Shown: positions 9,711 through 18,172 of the stretch, piece after piece
Position numbering within the stretch: position 1 is the first letter of the stretch
How the letters are laid out: the number at the start of each line of letters is the position of its first letter
Assembly (NCBI GenBank): GCA_023269615.1
Contig: JAHFSY010000006.1
Coordinates: forward strand, 11,033 to 75,032
Source of the DNA: Verrucomicrobiota bacterium
GTDB taxonomy: Bacteria; Verrucomicrobiota; Verrucomicrobiia; JABWAM01
Length of the DNA stretch: 64,000 nucleotides
Direction: 5' to 3'
Position numbers and translations under genes: made by a program
Notes under the pieces: model-generated
Seen by the model: the letters and a program-made list of their open reading frames with translations, nothing else
Told to the model about the DNA's origin: nothing
Database searches by the model: none

Positions 9711-10460
9711 ATGAGCAACAAGCTCGACGTGGATGGCGGGGCCCTGTTCTTCGCCGACTGGGATCGCGCGCTGTTTTTTCATTTCGAGGTGGATGCCGAA
9801 ACACTTCAAAGGGAAATTTCCTTCGAGCTGCAACTCTTTGATGACAAGGCGTGGGTCAGCCTCGTCGCATTTACTCAAAATCATCTCCGTCCCGCTTGGG
9901 GTGGGCGTGCAACGGCATGGATGGGATATCCCGTGACCGATCATCCGTTCCTCAATGTCCGGACGTACGTACGTCATTGTGGCGAAACCGGGATTCATTT
10001 CATAGCCGAATGGGTGCCCAATCCCTTTGCGGCATTCATCGCGCCACGGCTTTTCGGCCTGCCGTACCGGCTCGGACGTCTGAATTATCGTCATGACCAT
10101 GAGTGCAACGAATTGAGCGGCGAGGTATTGGGTGACGGGCGTTTCAGATATCACGCACGGATCCCTGTCGGTGCGCGTTACGATGTGTGCGCACCGGGAA
10201 GTTTCGACGAAAGCATGATGGAATACTACACCGCGTTCACGGCATGCGGCGGCAAACAGCGCTATTTCCGGGTGTGGCACGAGCCCTGGCCTCAAACCCG
10301 GGTGGACGTGACGATCGAAGATGGGGGCTTGCTCGAAAAGGCATTTCCCTGGTTTCGCGGGGCCCGCCTGGCTGGCGCCAATTATTCACCCGGTGTGCGC
10401 GACGTGCGGATTGGATTTCCCCATTCAATCAAAGGTCAGCCGGAAAAACGACATGGATAA
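9711..10460 (+). CDS. DUF2071-like protein
   Basis: LFFADWDRALFFHF, WVSLVAF and NVRTYV resemble DUF2071 (COG3361). ATG 9711 follows the repeat block; the track start 9273 is unlikely. Confidence 0.55.
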   Translation: MSNKLDVDGGALFFADWDRALFFHFEVDAETLQREISFELQLFDDKAWVSLVAFTQNHLRPAWGGRATAWMGYPVTDHPFLNVRTYVRHCGETGIHFIAEWVPNPFAAFIAPRLFGLPYRLGRLNYRHDHECNELSGEVLGDGRFRYHARIPVGARYDVCAPGSFDESMMEYYTAFTACGGKQRYFRVWHEPWPQTRVDVTIEDGGLLEKAFPWFRGARLAGANYSPGVRDVRIGFPHSIKGQPEKRHG

Positions 10461-11367
10461 ACCACGCATTGTTTTGGCGGGAGGAAGCGGATTTCTCGGT
10501 CAGGAGCTGGCGCATGATTTGGTCGCGCTGGGATATGACCCAGTTATCCTGACCCGCTCCATGCGAGGAAAGACGGGGCGGGTGCGGCAGGTGCAGTGGG
10601 ACGGTAAAACGATTGGGAAATGGGCCATTGAATTGGATGGAGCGAAGGCCGTGGTTAACCTGACCGGCAAGAGCGTGAATTGCCGCTACACGCATGAAAA
10701 TCTTCGCGAGATCAACGAGTCGCGCGTGAATTCAGTTCGCGTGGTGGACGAAGCAATTTCAAAATGCACGCGCCCTCCGGAGGTATTGGTGCAGACCGCG
10801 TCGTTGGCCATTTACGGCGATGCGGGCAATCGACTGTGCGATGAAAACTCCCCGGCGGGCGATGGAATCCCGGTGGAAACCTGCCGGTTGTGGGAGGAGG
10901 CTTTTAACGAGGGAAAAACACCGTTCACGCGACGTATCATTTTGCGGATTGGATTCGTGCTTGGAAAAAGCGGGGGTGCCTTGGGGACGTTATCGAAACT
11001 GGTGAAATGTTTCCTGGGCGGGACGGTGGGCAGTGGACGCCAATATATCAGCTGGCTGCATGTGGCGGACATGAACCGGATGTTCTTGTGGGCCATCGAG
11101 AGGGATGACGTTCATGGTGTCTTCAACGCCACCAGTCCGAATCCGGTGACGAATGCGGAATTCATGCGCGAATTGCGGCGGGCCTTGCACCGTCCGTGGA
11201 GCCCGCCCACCCCGTCGTGGGCGGTTCATGTCGGCTCATGGTTCATGCGAACCGAACCCTGCCTGGCGCTGACCGGCCGGCGATGTGATCCGAAGCAATT
11301 TCTTCAGCATCGTTTCGAATTCAGGTTCCCTAATTTGCGGGAGGCGCTGGGAGATATTTATGAATGA
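10453..11367 (+). CDS. TIGR01777/YfcH-like NAD-dependent epimerase (DUF1731 C-terminus)
   Basis: Rossmann motif IVLAGGSGFLG at the N-terminus. C-terminal GRRCDPKQFLQHRFEFRFPNLREAL matches the DUF1731 pattern. 8-nt overlap with the upstream gene. Confidence 0.7.
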   Translation: MDKPRIVLAGGSGFLGQELAHDLVALGYDPVILTRSMRGKTGRVRQVQWDGKTIGKWAIELDGAKAVVNLTGKSVNCRYTHENLREINESRVNSVRVVDEAISKCTRPPEVLVQTASLAIYGDAGNRLCDENSPAGDGIPVETCRLWEEAFNEGKTPFTRRIILRIGFVLGKSGGALGTLSKLVKCFLGGTVGSGRQYISWLHVADMNRMFLWAIERDDVHGVFNATSPNPVTNAEFMRELRRALHRPWSPPTPSWAVHVGSWFMRTEPCLALTGRRCDPKQFLQHRFEFRFPNLREALGDIYE

Positions 11368-11770
11368 AAGGAGCACGCAACTTCCACGCAAGATCACCGT
11401 AATCTACGATGGGTCGTGCAATTTGTGCGCGGGAAATCTTCACTGGCTTCACCGCCTGGACTGGTGGCATCGGATGGAGGCGTTGCCTTTTCAGTCCGAC
11501 GAAGTGTTCGAGCGGTTTCCGAAACTCACCCGAGCAGAATGTGAGAAAGCGATGCAGGTAGTGCTTGAGGATGGACGCGTCGAATCGGGTGCCGCTGCGA
11601 TCCGCGAGGTGTTCCTCTGCATGCCCGCCACCTGGGTGGTTGGGATCGTGATGAGCATTCCACCCTTCGCTTGCATTCTGGACCGATTGTACCGGAAATG
11701 GGCTCCCTATCGCTACGCTTTCGCGGGAAGATGCCCTGTGGACTTAAACATAAAGAAGAGCCTTCGATGA
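11360..11770 (+). CDS. thiol-disulfide oxidoreductase DCC family (DUF393), second copy
   Basis: YDGSCNLCAGNLHW CxxC block. Overlaps the upstream stop. Confidence 0.7.
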   Translation: MNERSTQLPRKITVIYDGSCNLCAGNLHWLHRLDWWHRMEALPFQSDEVFERFPKLTRAECEKAMQVVLEDGRVESGAAAIREVFLCMPATWVVGIVMSIPPFACILDRLYRKWAPYRYAFAGRCPVDLNIKKSLR

Positions 11771-13161
11771 AATTTAAATTTTCTGATTGGTGGCGCTGGG
11801 GTGGAACGATCAACCGCGGGCACTACCTGTTGGCGGGGATTGTGCTCATGGCCATCAAGTACAACCTCGACCGTGCGGTGGCGTATTTTGGTTTTCATCG
11901 GGCGTGGTCGCTCATAAATTATCTCCAGCCGGATCATGCGGCCTCCTTTGTGGCGCTTGCGAAGGACGACTCGATATTTTACGCAACCATGGTTGCCATG
12001 GCGCTTCCCTTCATCTGGATCGGAGTGATGCTGACTTTCAAACGCTTGCGCGCCATCGGATTGCCGCTGTGGCTGGTCGTGCTGTTTTTCATTCCCGCGA
12101 TCAACCTGCTCTTTTTCGCCGTACTGTCGGTGCTTCCTTCGCGTTCGGCGCCTGTGTTTGAATCGCCGCCGAGAGGGTGGATCGGGCGGTTTCTCGACTG
12201 GGTTATTCCTAAGAGTGCCTGGGGAAGCGCCGCGATGTCGTTGTTTCTCACGGTATTTGCCGGTCTGTTCATCGCGTATTTTGGCACGTCGGTGCTGGAG
12301 CGCTACGGGTGGGGATTGTTTGTGGGTCTGCCGTTTGCCCTTGGCATGGGTGCGGCGCTGATCCACGGATATCATGAGGAGCGTACTTGTTGGGAATGCC
12401 TGGCAGTTGCGATTTTTTCCATGGTGCTTTTTGGCGCGTGGTTCCTGGCCTTTGGATTCGAAGGAATCGGCTGCCTGATCATGGCTGCTCCGCTTGGGCT
12501 GGTGATTGCGCTCCTGGGTGGTTTCGCGGGGTATGTGATCCAGGGCGTATGCCGTCGAAAGGAAACTGCCACGGCGCTTTTAATTTTGCTGACGGTGACG
12601 CCCGCAATGCTGGGAATGGAGCGAATGGCCGATCCCGAAGCGCCTCTGTTCGCGGTGCGCACGTCGGTGGAGATCAACGCCCCGCCGTCAAAGGTTTGGA
12701 AGCATGTCGTTTCTTTCACTGAACTGCCTGCGCCACGAGAGTGGCTGTTTCGCGCCGGCATTGCGTATCCCCTGCGCGCGGAGATCATCGGCCATGGAAA
12801 GGGTGCAAAGCGATTCTGCGTTTTTTCCACGGGCTCATTCGTGGAACCGATCGAGGTATGGGATGAGCCGCGGCTGCTGAAATTTTCGGTGACGTCCAAC
12901 CCGCCTCCCATGGAGGAATGGACTCCGTACCGGGAAATTCATCCGCCGCATCTGAATGGTTTTCTGGCTTCGAAGGGTGGACAGTTCCTGCTGACGCCGC
13001 TTGCCGATGGCCGCACGCGATTGGAGGGAACGACGTGGTATCATCACCACATGTGGCCTGCAGGGTACTGGAAACTCTGGTCGGATTTCATCATTCACCG
13101 CATTCATCTGCGGGTGCTTCAACATGTCAAAGACCTCACTGAACGGGAGAGCAACGGGTGA
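11767..13161 (+). CDS. multi-TM protein with C-terminal SRPBCC (lipid-binding/polyketide-cyclase-like) domain
   Basis: DUF805-like start (WWRWGGTINRGHY), about 8 TM segments, then VRTSVEINAPPSKVWKHVVSF...GKGAKRFCVFSTGSFVEPIEVWDEP, typical of SRPBCC. ATGA overlap with the upstream gene. Confidence 0.6.
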   Translation: MKFKFSDWWRWGGTINRGHYLLAGIVLMAIKYNLDRAVAYFGFHRAWSLINYLQPDHAASFVALAKDDSIFYATMVAMALPFIWIGVMLTFKRLRAIGLPLWLVVLFFIPAINLLFFAVLSVLPSRSAPVFESPPRGWIGRFLDWVIPKSAWGSAAMSLFLTVFAGLFIAYFGTSVLERYGWGLFVGLPFALGMGAALIHGYHEERTCWECLAVAIFSMVLFGAWFLAFGFEGIGCLIMAAPLGLVIALLGGFAGYVIQGVCRRKETATALLILLTVTPAMLGMERMADPEAPLFAVRTSVEINAPPSKVWKHVVSFTELPAPREWLFRAGIAYPLRAEIIGHGKGAKRFCVFSTGSFVEPIEVWDEPRLLKFSVTSNPPPMEEWTPYREIHPPHLNGFLASKGGQFLLTPLADGRTRLEGTTWYHHHMWPAGYWKLWSDFIIHRIHLRVLQHVKDLTERESNG

Positions 13162-14089
13162 CGCCAACACGCGTGAAGCGCGGTTGCGCGTGGCCGTGGC
13201 CGCTGCGATGCCGCTGTCGGGTTTGGTTGTCCTGTTCGCATTTCGAGATTCGTGGCAGCCGTGGCAGCGATTGGCGGGGGCGACTTTGGGGATGCTGTGC
13301 CTGATCAAGGCGGCGGTGTTTTTCAGGGAATCGCGCACGAAGTTTTCGGCGGTGGGGAAATGGATTTTCTTCACATGTTGGCCTGGAGTGGATCCGTCAC
13401 CGTTTGGTTTGGGATGTAGCCGCGTCCGCAAGGATGCGGGCGACGGAAGCCAAACCCTTGCGGATTCGGCTACATGTTCGGATTCCCTGAAGCTGATGGG
13501 GCGGGGGGCGATGGTAATGCTGATCGGGCTGGCGATGGTGGTTGCAGTGGCGTTCGGTGCCTCTCGGGAAAGTGACTGGATTGGATGGGTGGGAATCGCT
13601 GCCCTGTTCGTGACGCTTCACCTGGGATTTGCAAACGTGCTGACGGGTGCGGTGCGTTTAAATGGCTGGCCGGTGCGGCGGCTGTTCGAAAATCCTTTTC
13701 AAAGCCGGTCGCTGGGGGATTTCTGGGGGCGGCGCTGGAACCTGGCTTTTGTGGAGATGGATCGGATGTTGTTCATGCGTCCCTTGCGACGGGTGCTGGG
13801 CGCGAGAGGCGCGATCTTGGGAGTGTTTGTGATTTCCGGCTTTTTGCATGAGATGGCCATAAGTTATCCCGTGCAGGCGGGGTGGGGAGGTCCGATGGCG
13901 TACTTCGTGCTGCAGGGCGTGCTGGTTCTTTTCGAATCGCGATATCTCAAGCGCTGGCCGGTGGCCGCGTTGCGCGTATGGGCATGGTTTTGGATTTTCG
14001 CACCGCTTCCACTTCTGTTTCACGCGCCGTTCCGCGAAAGGTTGATCGTGCCACTTTTCAGAAATCTCAATCACTGGATATTCCCATGA
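13124..14089 (+). CDS. MBOAT_2 / wax-synthase-like membrane acyltransferase
   Basis: WPGVDP, FWGRRWNLAF and SGFLHE blocks; multi-TM. Start is uncertain. Contains an in-frame REP-like element at 13415..13474. Confidence 0.55.
   Translation: MSKTSLNGRATGDANTREARLRVAVAAAMPLSGLVVLFAFRDSWQPWQRLAGATLGMLCLIKAAVFFRESRTKFSAVGKWIFFTCWPGVDPSPFGLGCSRVRKDAGDGSQTLADSATCSDSLKLMGRGAMVMLIGLAMVVAVAFGASRESDWIGWVGIAALFVTLHLGFANVLTGAVRLNGWPVRRLFENPFQSRSLGDFWGRRWNLAFVEMDRMLFMRPLRRVLGARGAILGVFVISGFLHEMAISYPVQAGWGGPMAYFVLQGVLVLFESRYLKRWPVAALRVWAWFWIFAPLPLLFHAPFRERLIVPLFRNLNHWIFP
13415..13474. repeat. REP-like element TGTAGCCGCGTCCGCAAGG...CCTTGCGGATTCGGCTACA (copy inside a CDS)
   Basis: Near-identical copy at 28346..28402. 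Arms GTAGCCG/CGGCTAC and CCGCAAGG/CCTTGCGG are reverse complements. Confidence 0.8.
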
Positions 14090-14517
14090 ACATCGAATCC
14101 TGTTTCAACCTCGCGCTCTGGCTGGCGGGCATCGGACACTTCTGCATCCTCGGGGCGAGTTTCCAGGTTCCGCTTCGGCTCAACTGGAAGGAGGACCTTG
14201 AGAAGCTGGCCTCATTCAATCGCAAGCTGATGTGGGTGTACGGCACGTTCACCGTGGGGATGATTGTCAGCTTTGGCGTGCTGACGCTCATCCTGCATAA
14301 CGAATTATTGAGAGGCGACCGCGCCGCGCTGGGTCTCGCGTGCCTGATCGGGGGATTTTGGACAGCGCGGCTTCTGGTCGACTTTTTCTATTTCAGCCAC
14401 GAAGACTGGCCGAAGGGGAGATTCTTTGTGGTGGGGCATTGCATGCTGACAGGTCTCTTCATCGCGCTGGCGTTGACCTATCTGGGCTTGGTGGCGTGGC
14501 ATGTTGAATTCCGATGA
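14086..14517 (+). CDS. hypothetical membrane protein (4 TM)
   Basis: ATGA overlap with the upstream gene. Four hydrophobic segments. Confidence 0.55.
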   Translation: MNIESCFNLALWLAGIGHFCILGASFQVPLRLNWKEDLEKLASFNRKLMWVYGTFTVGMIVSFGVLTLILHNELLRGDRAALGLACLIGGFWTARLLVDFFYFSHEDWPKGRFFVVGHCMLTGLFIALALTYLGLVAWHVEFR

Positions 14518-14606
14518 ATTTTCACAAGCGCGGGCTCGCGCGCTTTTTTTGTCGTCTGTCGGGATGCGAGGGTCTAAAAAAAAATCGCATCCACTCCGCG
14601 TATCCC

Positions 14607-16811
14607 ATGAAAACCCGTTGCACGAAAAAAAAAGAGGATGGCCTGCCCTGGTGGCGAAAGCCCGTGCGCATGATGCGACGGGATTACATTTCGGATTTCT
14701 CACCCTTTCTCAGCTCCGACATGGACCGGATGGCGCGCGAGGCGAAGGAGCTCTGGCGGGTGAATTGTGAATGGGTGATGGCCACCCCCGGTTGCGCGCC
14801 GGGCACCGCACATCTCACCCTGTTCAATTCGCCCCAGTTCGACAAGATGCCCGGGTTGGGGTCGCGCGACCTTCTCCGTGAATATCTTCCGCACGCGCAC
14901 CGGCACGGCATCCGCGTGCTCGCCTACGTGAACATGCACTGGTACTCGTACGATTTTGCCAAAACGCATCCATGGGAGCAGTTGCTCGAGGACGGAACAG
15001 CGTACGGGCGCAAGCATCCGCTCTATGGCGGGGGAACGACGCTTTGCGTGAACAGCCCGTGGCGTGATTGGGCCTTTGAGCTGGTCCGCGAGGTGTTGTG
15101 CACGGGCGTGGACGGGTGCTTTTTGGACGGCCCGGTCATGTATCCCGGCGCCTGTTACTGCGACCGTTGCCGGAAACTTTTTCAGAAGGTGAGCGGCAGC
15201 AGGCGTCTTCCGAAGTTCGGCGACTGGCGTGATCCGCTCTGGAAACGATTTGCGGATTTCCGTGCTGATTCGTGGGCGCGGTTCATGCGCGACATGCGGG
15301 CCGTGGTGCGCCATGCCAATCCCGAGGCCGTCCTCTTCCTTAATGGCGGCGGCTTTGGATCGTACAATCTGTTGTTCGGATACGACACGGCGCGGATGGA
15401 GGATCACCAGACGTTCAACGGATCCGAGGAGTTTTTCCATTGCTCCGATGGTTTTCTCTCGCCGTATCGGACGCTCCACCTCGCCCGGTTTCTTTCGGCG
15501 GGGAAAAATCCCGGCGTGGTTTTCACAAACCACGGGCTTTCCACATGGCATTACACCCCGCTGCCCGCCGCCGAACTCTCCACCGCTCTCGCCCAGACAG
15601 TCGCGGGCGGGTCCAACACGTGGTTTGCCATTTTTCACGAAGCGATCAAGAAGGATTCAAATGAAGCGCTCACGGCGCTGAATGACATGGGGCAGTTCCT
15701 CGTGGACTGCGATCCCTTCACCGTGGCCGACCACACGGTTGCGGAAACGGCGGCGCTCATTTCAAATCAGACCGCTTATTATTATCTCAGCCGCCACCGC
15801 GGATTGTGCCGCGACGTGGGCAGCGGGCGGGAGGTGGGCCTGGTGGTGGACCAGGGCGGAGCGCAGCGGATGGGTGATTTGAAGGAGCGACGCGAGGCAT
15901 CAGCCCAAATCCTTGACCATGAAAATCAGGGATGTCTCGATGCCTGCACCTACGCCCATGTTCCCCTGCGTGTGCTGTGGGATGAGCATCTCACGCCGGA
16001 GAAGCTTCGTGGCGTCAAGGTGCTCACGCTCCCCAACGCGGCGTGCCTCTCAAACGGACAATTGGAAATGATCGACCAATTTGTGCGCGGCGGCGGCGGG
16101 CTGGTCGCCACGTTCGAGTCGGGGATGTACAACGAATGGGGCGATCCCGTGACGCGCAAACCGTGGCTGCGTTTCCTCGGCATCGAACGCGTCGAGGGCG
16201 TCTTCCTGCCGTCACGCACAGAGGACTACATGACGCTCACCACGCCGCTCGACCGGATTCCCGCCGGCACGCTCATCCCGCGGCCCGTAAACGCGCTTGG
16301 CGTACGCGCTGCGCATGATGCCGAGGTTCTGGCCCGTTATTTCAACCCGATCAACAAAGCATACATGCAACCGAAGGGAGTGTCCGATTACCCGGCAATT
16401 CTCATGGCACGACGCGGCAAGGGTCGCGTCGCGTACGTGGCTTCGCCACTTTTTGAAAGCTTCAGCCGCTTTCGCATCGACGTGCACAAGGACCTGGCGC
16501 GAGCCCTCATTCGCATGACGGCGGGGCATGGCGGTCTCCAGGTGGAAACAGACGCCCCCGGCAGCCTGGCCGTCGAAGTGCGGGCCCAGAAGGGAAGAAC
16601 GCTGGTGCACCTGGTGAACGTCACCTCCGACATGAAGCGCCCCATGGGGCGGCTCATCCCGCTGCATGATGTTTCAATTGCCGTGCGCGCCCAGGCGACG
16701 CGCGCGAAGTGTCTGCGTTCAGGACGGACATTGAAGCTCACACGAAAGGACGGTCTCATTTGCTTTCGTGTGCCGCTGATTCAGGATTACGAGATTGTGG
16801 CGTTAACTTGA
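14607..16811 (+). CDS. glycoside-hydrolase-like protein (GHL6/GH42-like N-domain + beta-galactosidase-trimerisation-like domain)
   Basis: Long uninterrupted ORF with good composition. TIM-barrel-like N-half (VLAYVNMHWY, GVDGCFLDGP) and a GATase-like middle domain (KVLTLPNAACLS). Family assignment is tentative. Confidence 0.6.
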   Translation: MKTRCTKKKEDGLPWWRKPVRMMRRDYISDFSPFLSSDMDRMAREAKELWRVNCEWVMATPGCAPGTAHLTLFNSPQFDKMPGLGSRDLLREYLPHAHRHGIRVLAYVNMHWYSYDFAKTHPWEQLLEDGTAYGRKHPLYGGGTTLCVNSPWRDWAFELVREVLCTGVDGCFLDGPVMYPGACYCDRCRKLFQKVSGSRRLPKFGDWRDPLWKRFADFRADSWARFMRDMRAVVRHANPEAVLFLNGGGFGSYNLLFGYDTARMEDHQTFNGSEEFFHCSDGFLSPYRTLHLARFLSAGKNPGVVFTNHGLSTWHYTPLPAAELSTALAQTVAGGSNTWFAIFHEAIKKDSNEALTALNDMGQFLVDCDPFTVADHTVAETAALISNQTAYYYLSRHRGLCRDVGSGREVGLVVDQGGAQRMGDLKERREASAQILDHENQGCLDACTYAHVPLRVLWDEHLTPEKLRGVKVLTLPNAACLSNGQLEMIDQFVRGGGGLVATFESGMYNEWGDPVTRKPWLRFLGIERVEGVFLPSRTEDYMTLTTPLDRIPAGTLIPRPVNALGVRAAHDAEVLARYFNPINKAYMQPKGVSDYPAILMARRGKGRVAYVASPLFESFSRFRIDVHKDLARALIRMTAGHGGLQVETDAPGSLAVEVRAQKGRTLVHLVNVTSDMKRPMGRLIPLHDVSIAVRAQATRAKCLRSGRTLKLTRKDGLICFRVPLIQDYEIVALT

Positions 16812-16857
16812 GGTCGCACGCTTGCATCAGGCTGATTTTTCTGCGAGTGAAAGGGGG

Positions 16858-17757
16858 ATGGCGAAAAAAACTTCATCTCGACCGGTCACGCTCGGGCTTG
16901 TGCAGATGAGCTGCGGGACGGACCCGAAGCGCAATCTTCTGAAGGCCGTGGAACGCGTCACGCAAGCGGCGAAGCGCGGGGCGCAGATTGTTTGTTTGCA
17001 GGAGCTTTTTTGCTCCCAATATTTTTGTCAGGACGAAGACCACGACAATTTCAAGCTGGCTGAGACAATTCCCGGGCCGAGCACGCGCGTTCTTTGCCCG
17101 TTGGCGAAAAAGCACAAGGTTGTGATCATTGCCTCGCTTTTCGAAAAGCGCGCGGAGGGGCTTTATCACAACACGGCGGTGGTGATTGACGCGGATGGGA
17201 AACTCCTCGGCAAGTATCGGAAGATGCATATTCCCGACGATCCGTTGTACTACGAGAAGTTTTATTTCACGCCGGGCGATCTGGGCTTCAAGGCGTGGAA
17301 AACGCGCTATGGGAAGATCGGCGTGCTGGTTTGCTGGGACCAATGGTATCCTGAAGGGGCGCGCCTGACGGCGCTGCAGGGGGCGGAGATTCTTTTTTAT
17401 CCGACGGCGATTGGCTGGCATCCGAAGGAGAAGGCGGAATATGGGAAGGCCCAGCACAGCGCATGGGAAACGATCCAGCGGAGCCATGCGGTGGCGAACG
17501 GATGCTTCGTGGCGGCCGTGAATCGCGTGGGACATGAGAAACCGATTGGCGGGGACGGGATCGAATTTTTCGGCCAGAGCTTCGTGACCGATACGTCGGG
17601 CCAGATCATCGCAAAGGCCGATGCGAAGCGGGAAGAAATTCTCATCGTGAAGGTGGATTTGAAGAAGGTGGACGTGACGCGGACCCATTGGCCTTTTTTG
17701 AGGGACCGCAGGGTGGATGCGTATGGCGGCATTACGAGGCGCTACCTGGACGAATGA
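16858..17757 (+). CDS. aguB: N-carbamoylputrescine amidase (CN-hydrolase)
   Basis: CN-hydrolase triad contexts (CLQELF, YRKMHIP, GVLVCWDQWYPE). AAGGGGG sits before ATG 16858. Paired with aguA. Confidence 0.85.
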   Translation: MAKKTSSRPVTLGLVQMSCGTDPKRNLLKAVERVTQAAKRGAQIVCLQELFCSQYFCQDEDHDNFKLAETIPGPSTRVLCPLAKKHKVVIIASLFEKRAEGLYHNTAVVIDADGKLLGKYRKMHIPDDPLYYEKFYFTPGDLGFKAWKTRYGKIGVLVCWDQWYPEGARLTALQGAEILFYPTAIGWHPKEKAEYGKAQHSAWETIQRSHAVANGCFVAAVNRVGHEKPIGGDGIEFFGQSFVTDTSGQIIAKADAKREEILIVKVDLKKVDVTRTHWPFLRDRRVDAYGGITRRYLDE

Positions 17758-17763
17758 ACAAAA

Positions 17764-17792
17764 CGCGGAGCGAGGAACGCGGAACGCGGAAT
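17764..17792. repeat. heptamer repeat (GGAACGC units), inverted copy of 18503..18531
   Basis: cgcggagcgaggaacgcggaacgcggaat, read directly. Confidence 0.8.
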
Positions 17793-17797
17793 TTTTT

Positions 17798-18172
17798 ATG
17801 AGCATGGAAAAGTCGGATTTACAGAAACGGACAAAAGAGTTTGCGGTTCGGGTGATTCGGATGGTCGATTCGCTGCCGAGGCATCGGACGGCCGATGTGC
17901 TCGACCGACAGCTGATCCGGTGTGCCACCTCGGTTGGAGCCAATTATCGTTCGGCAAAGCGGGCTAAGTCGCCCGCAGATTTCATCGCAAAGATGTCCAT
18001 TGTCGAAGAGGAAGCCGATGAATCCTGCTACTGGATGGAATTGATGACGGATATCAGCCTCATCAAGAAGGAGTCGCTGAAAGACCTGATGACCGAGTCC
18101 AATGAACTGGTCGCGATTGCAGTTTCGTCGGTGAAAACGGCGAGGAGCCGTCACGCCACCGCTGCTCGATGA
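17798..18172 (+). CDS. four-helix-bundle protein (23S rRNA intervening-sequence protein family, TIGR02436-like)
   Basis: LQKRTKEFAVRVIRMV, QLIRCATSVGANYRSA and EEADESCYWMELM motifs. ATGA overlap with aguA. Confidence 0.8.
   Translation: MSMEKSDLQKRTKEFAVRVIRMVDSLPRHRTADVLDRQLIRCATSVGANYRSAKRAKSPADFIAKMSIVEEEADESCYWMELMTDISLIKKESLKDLMTESNELVAIAVSSVKTARSRHATAAR

Noticed and set aside
16873-17943. 356-aa minus-strand ORF opposite aguB
   Set aside because: It overlaps the well-supported aguB and four-helix-bundle genes and has antisense-type composition.
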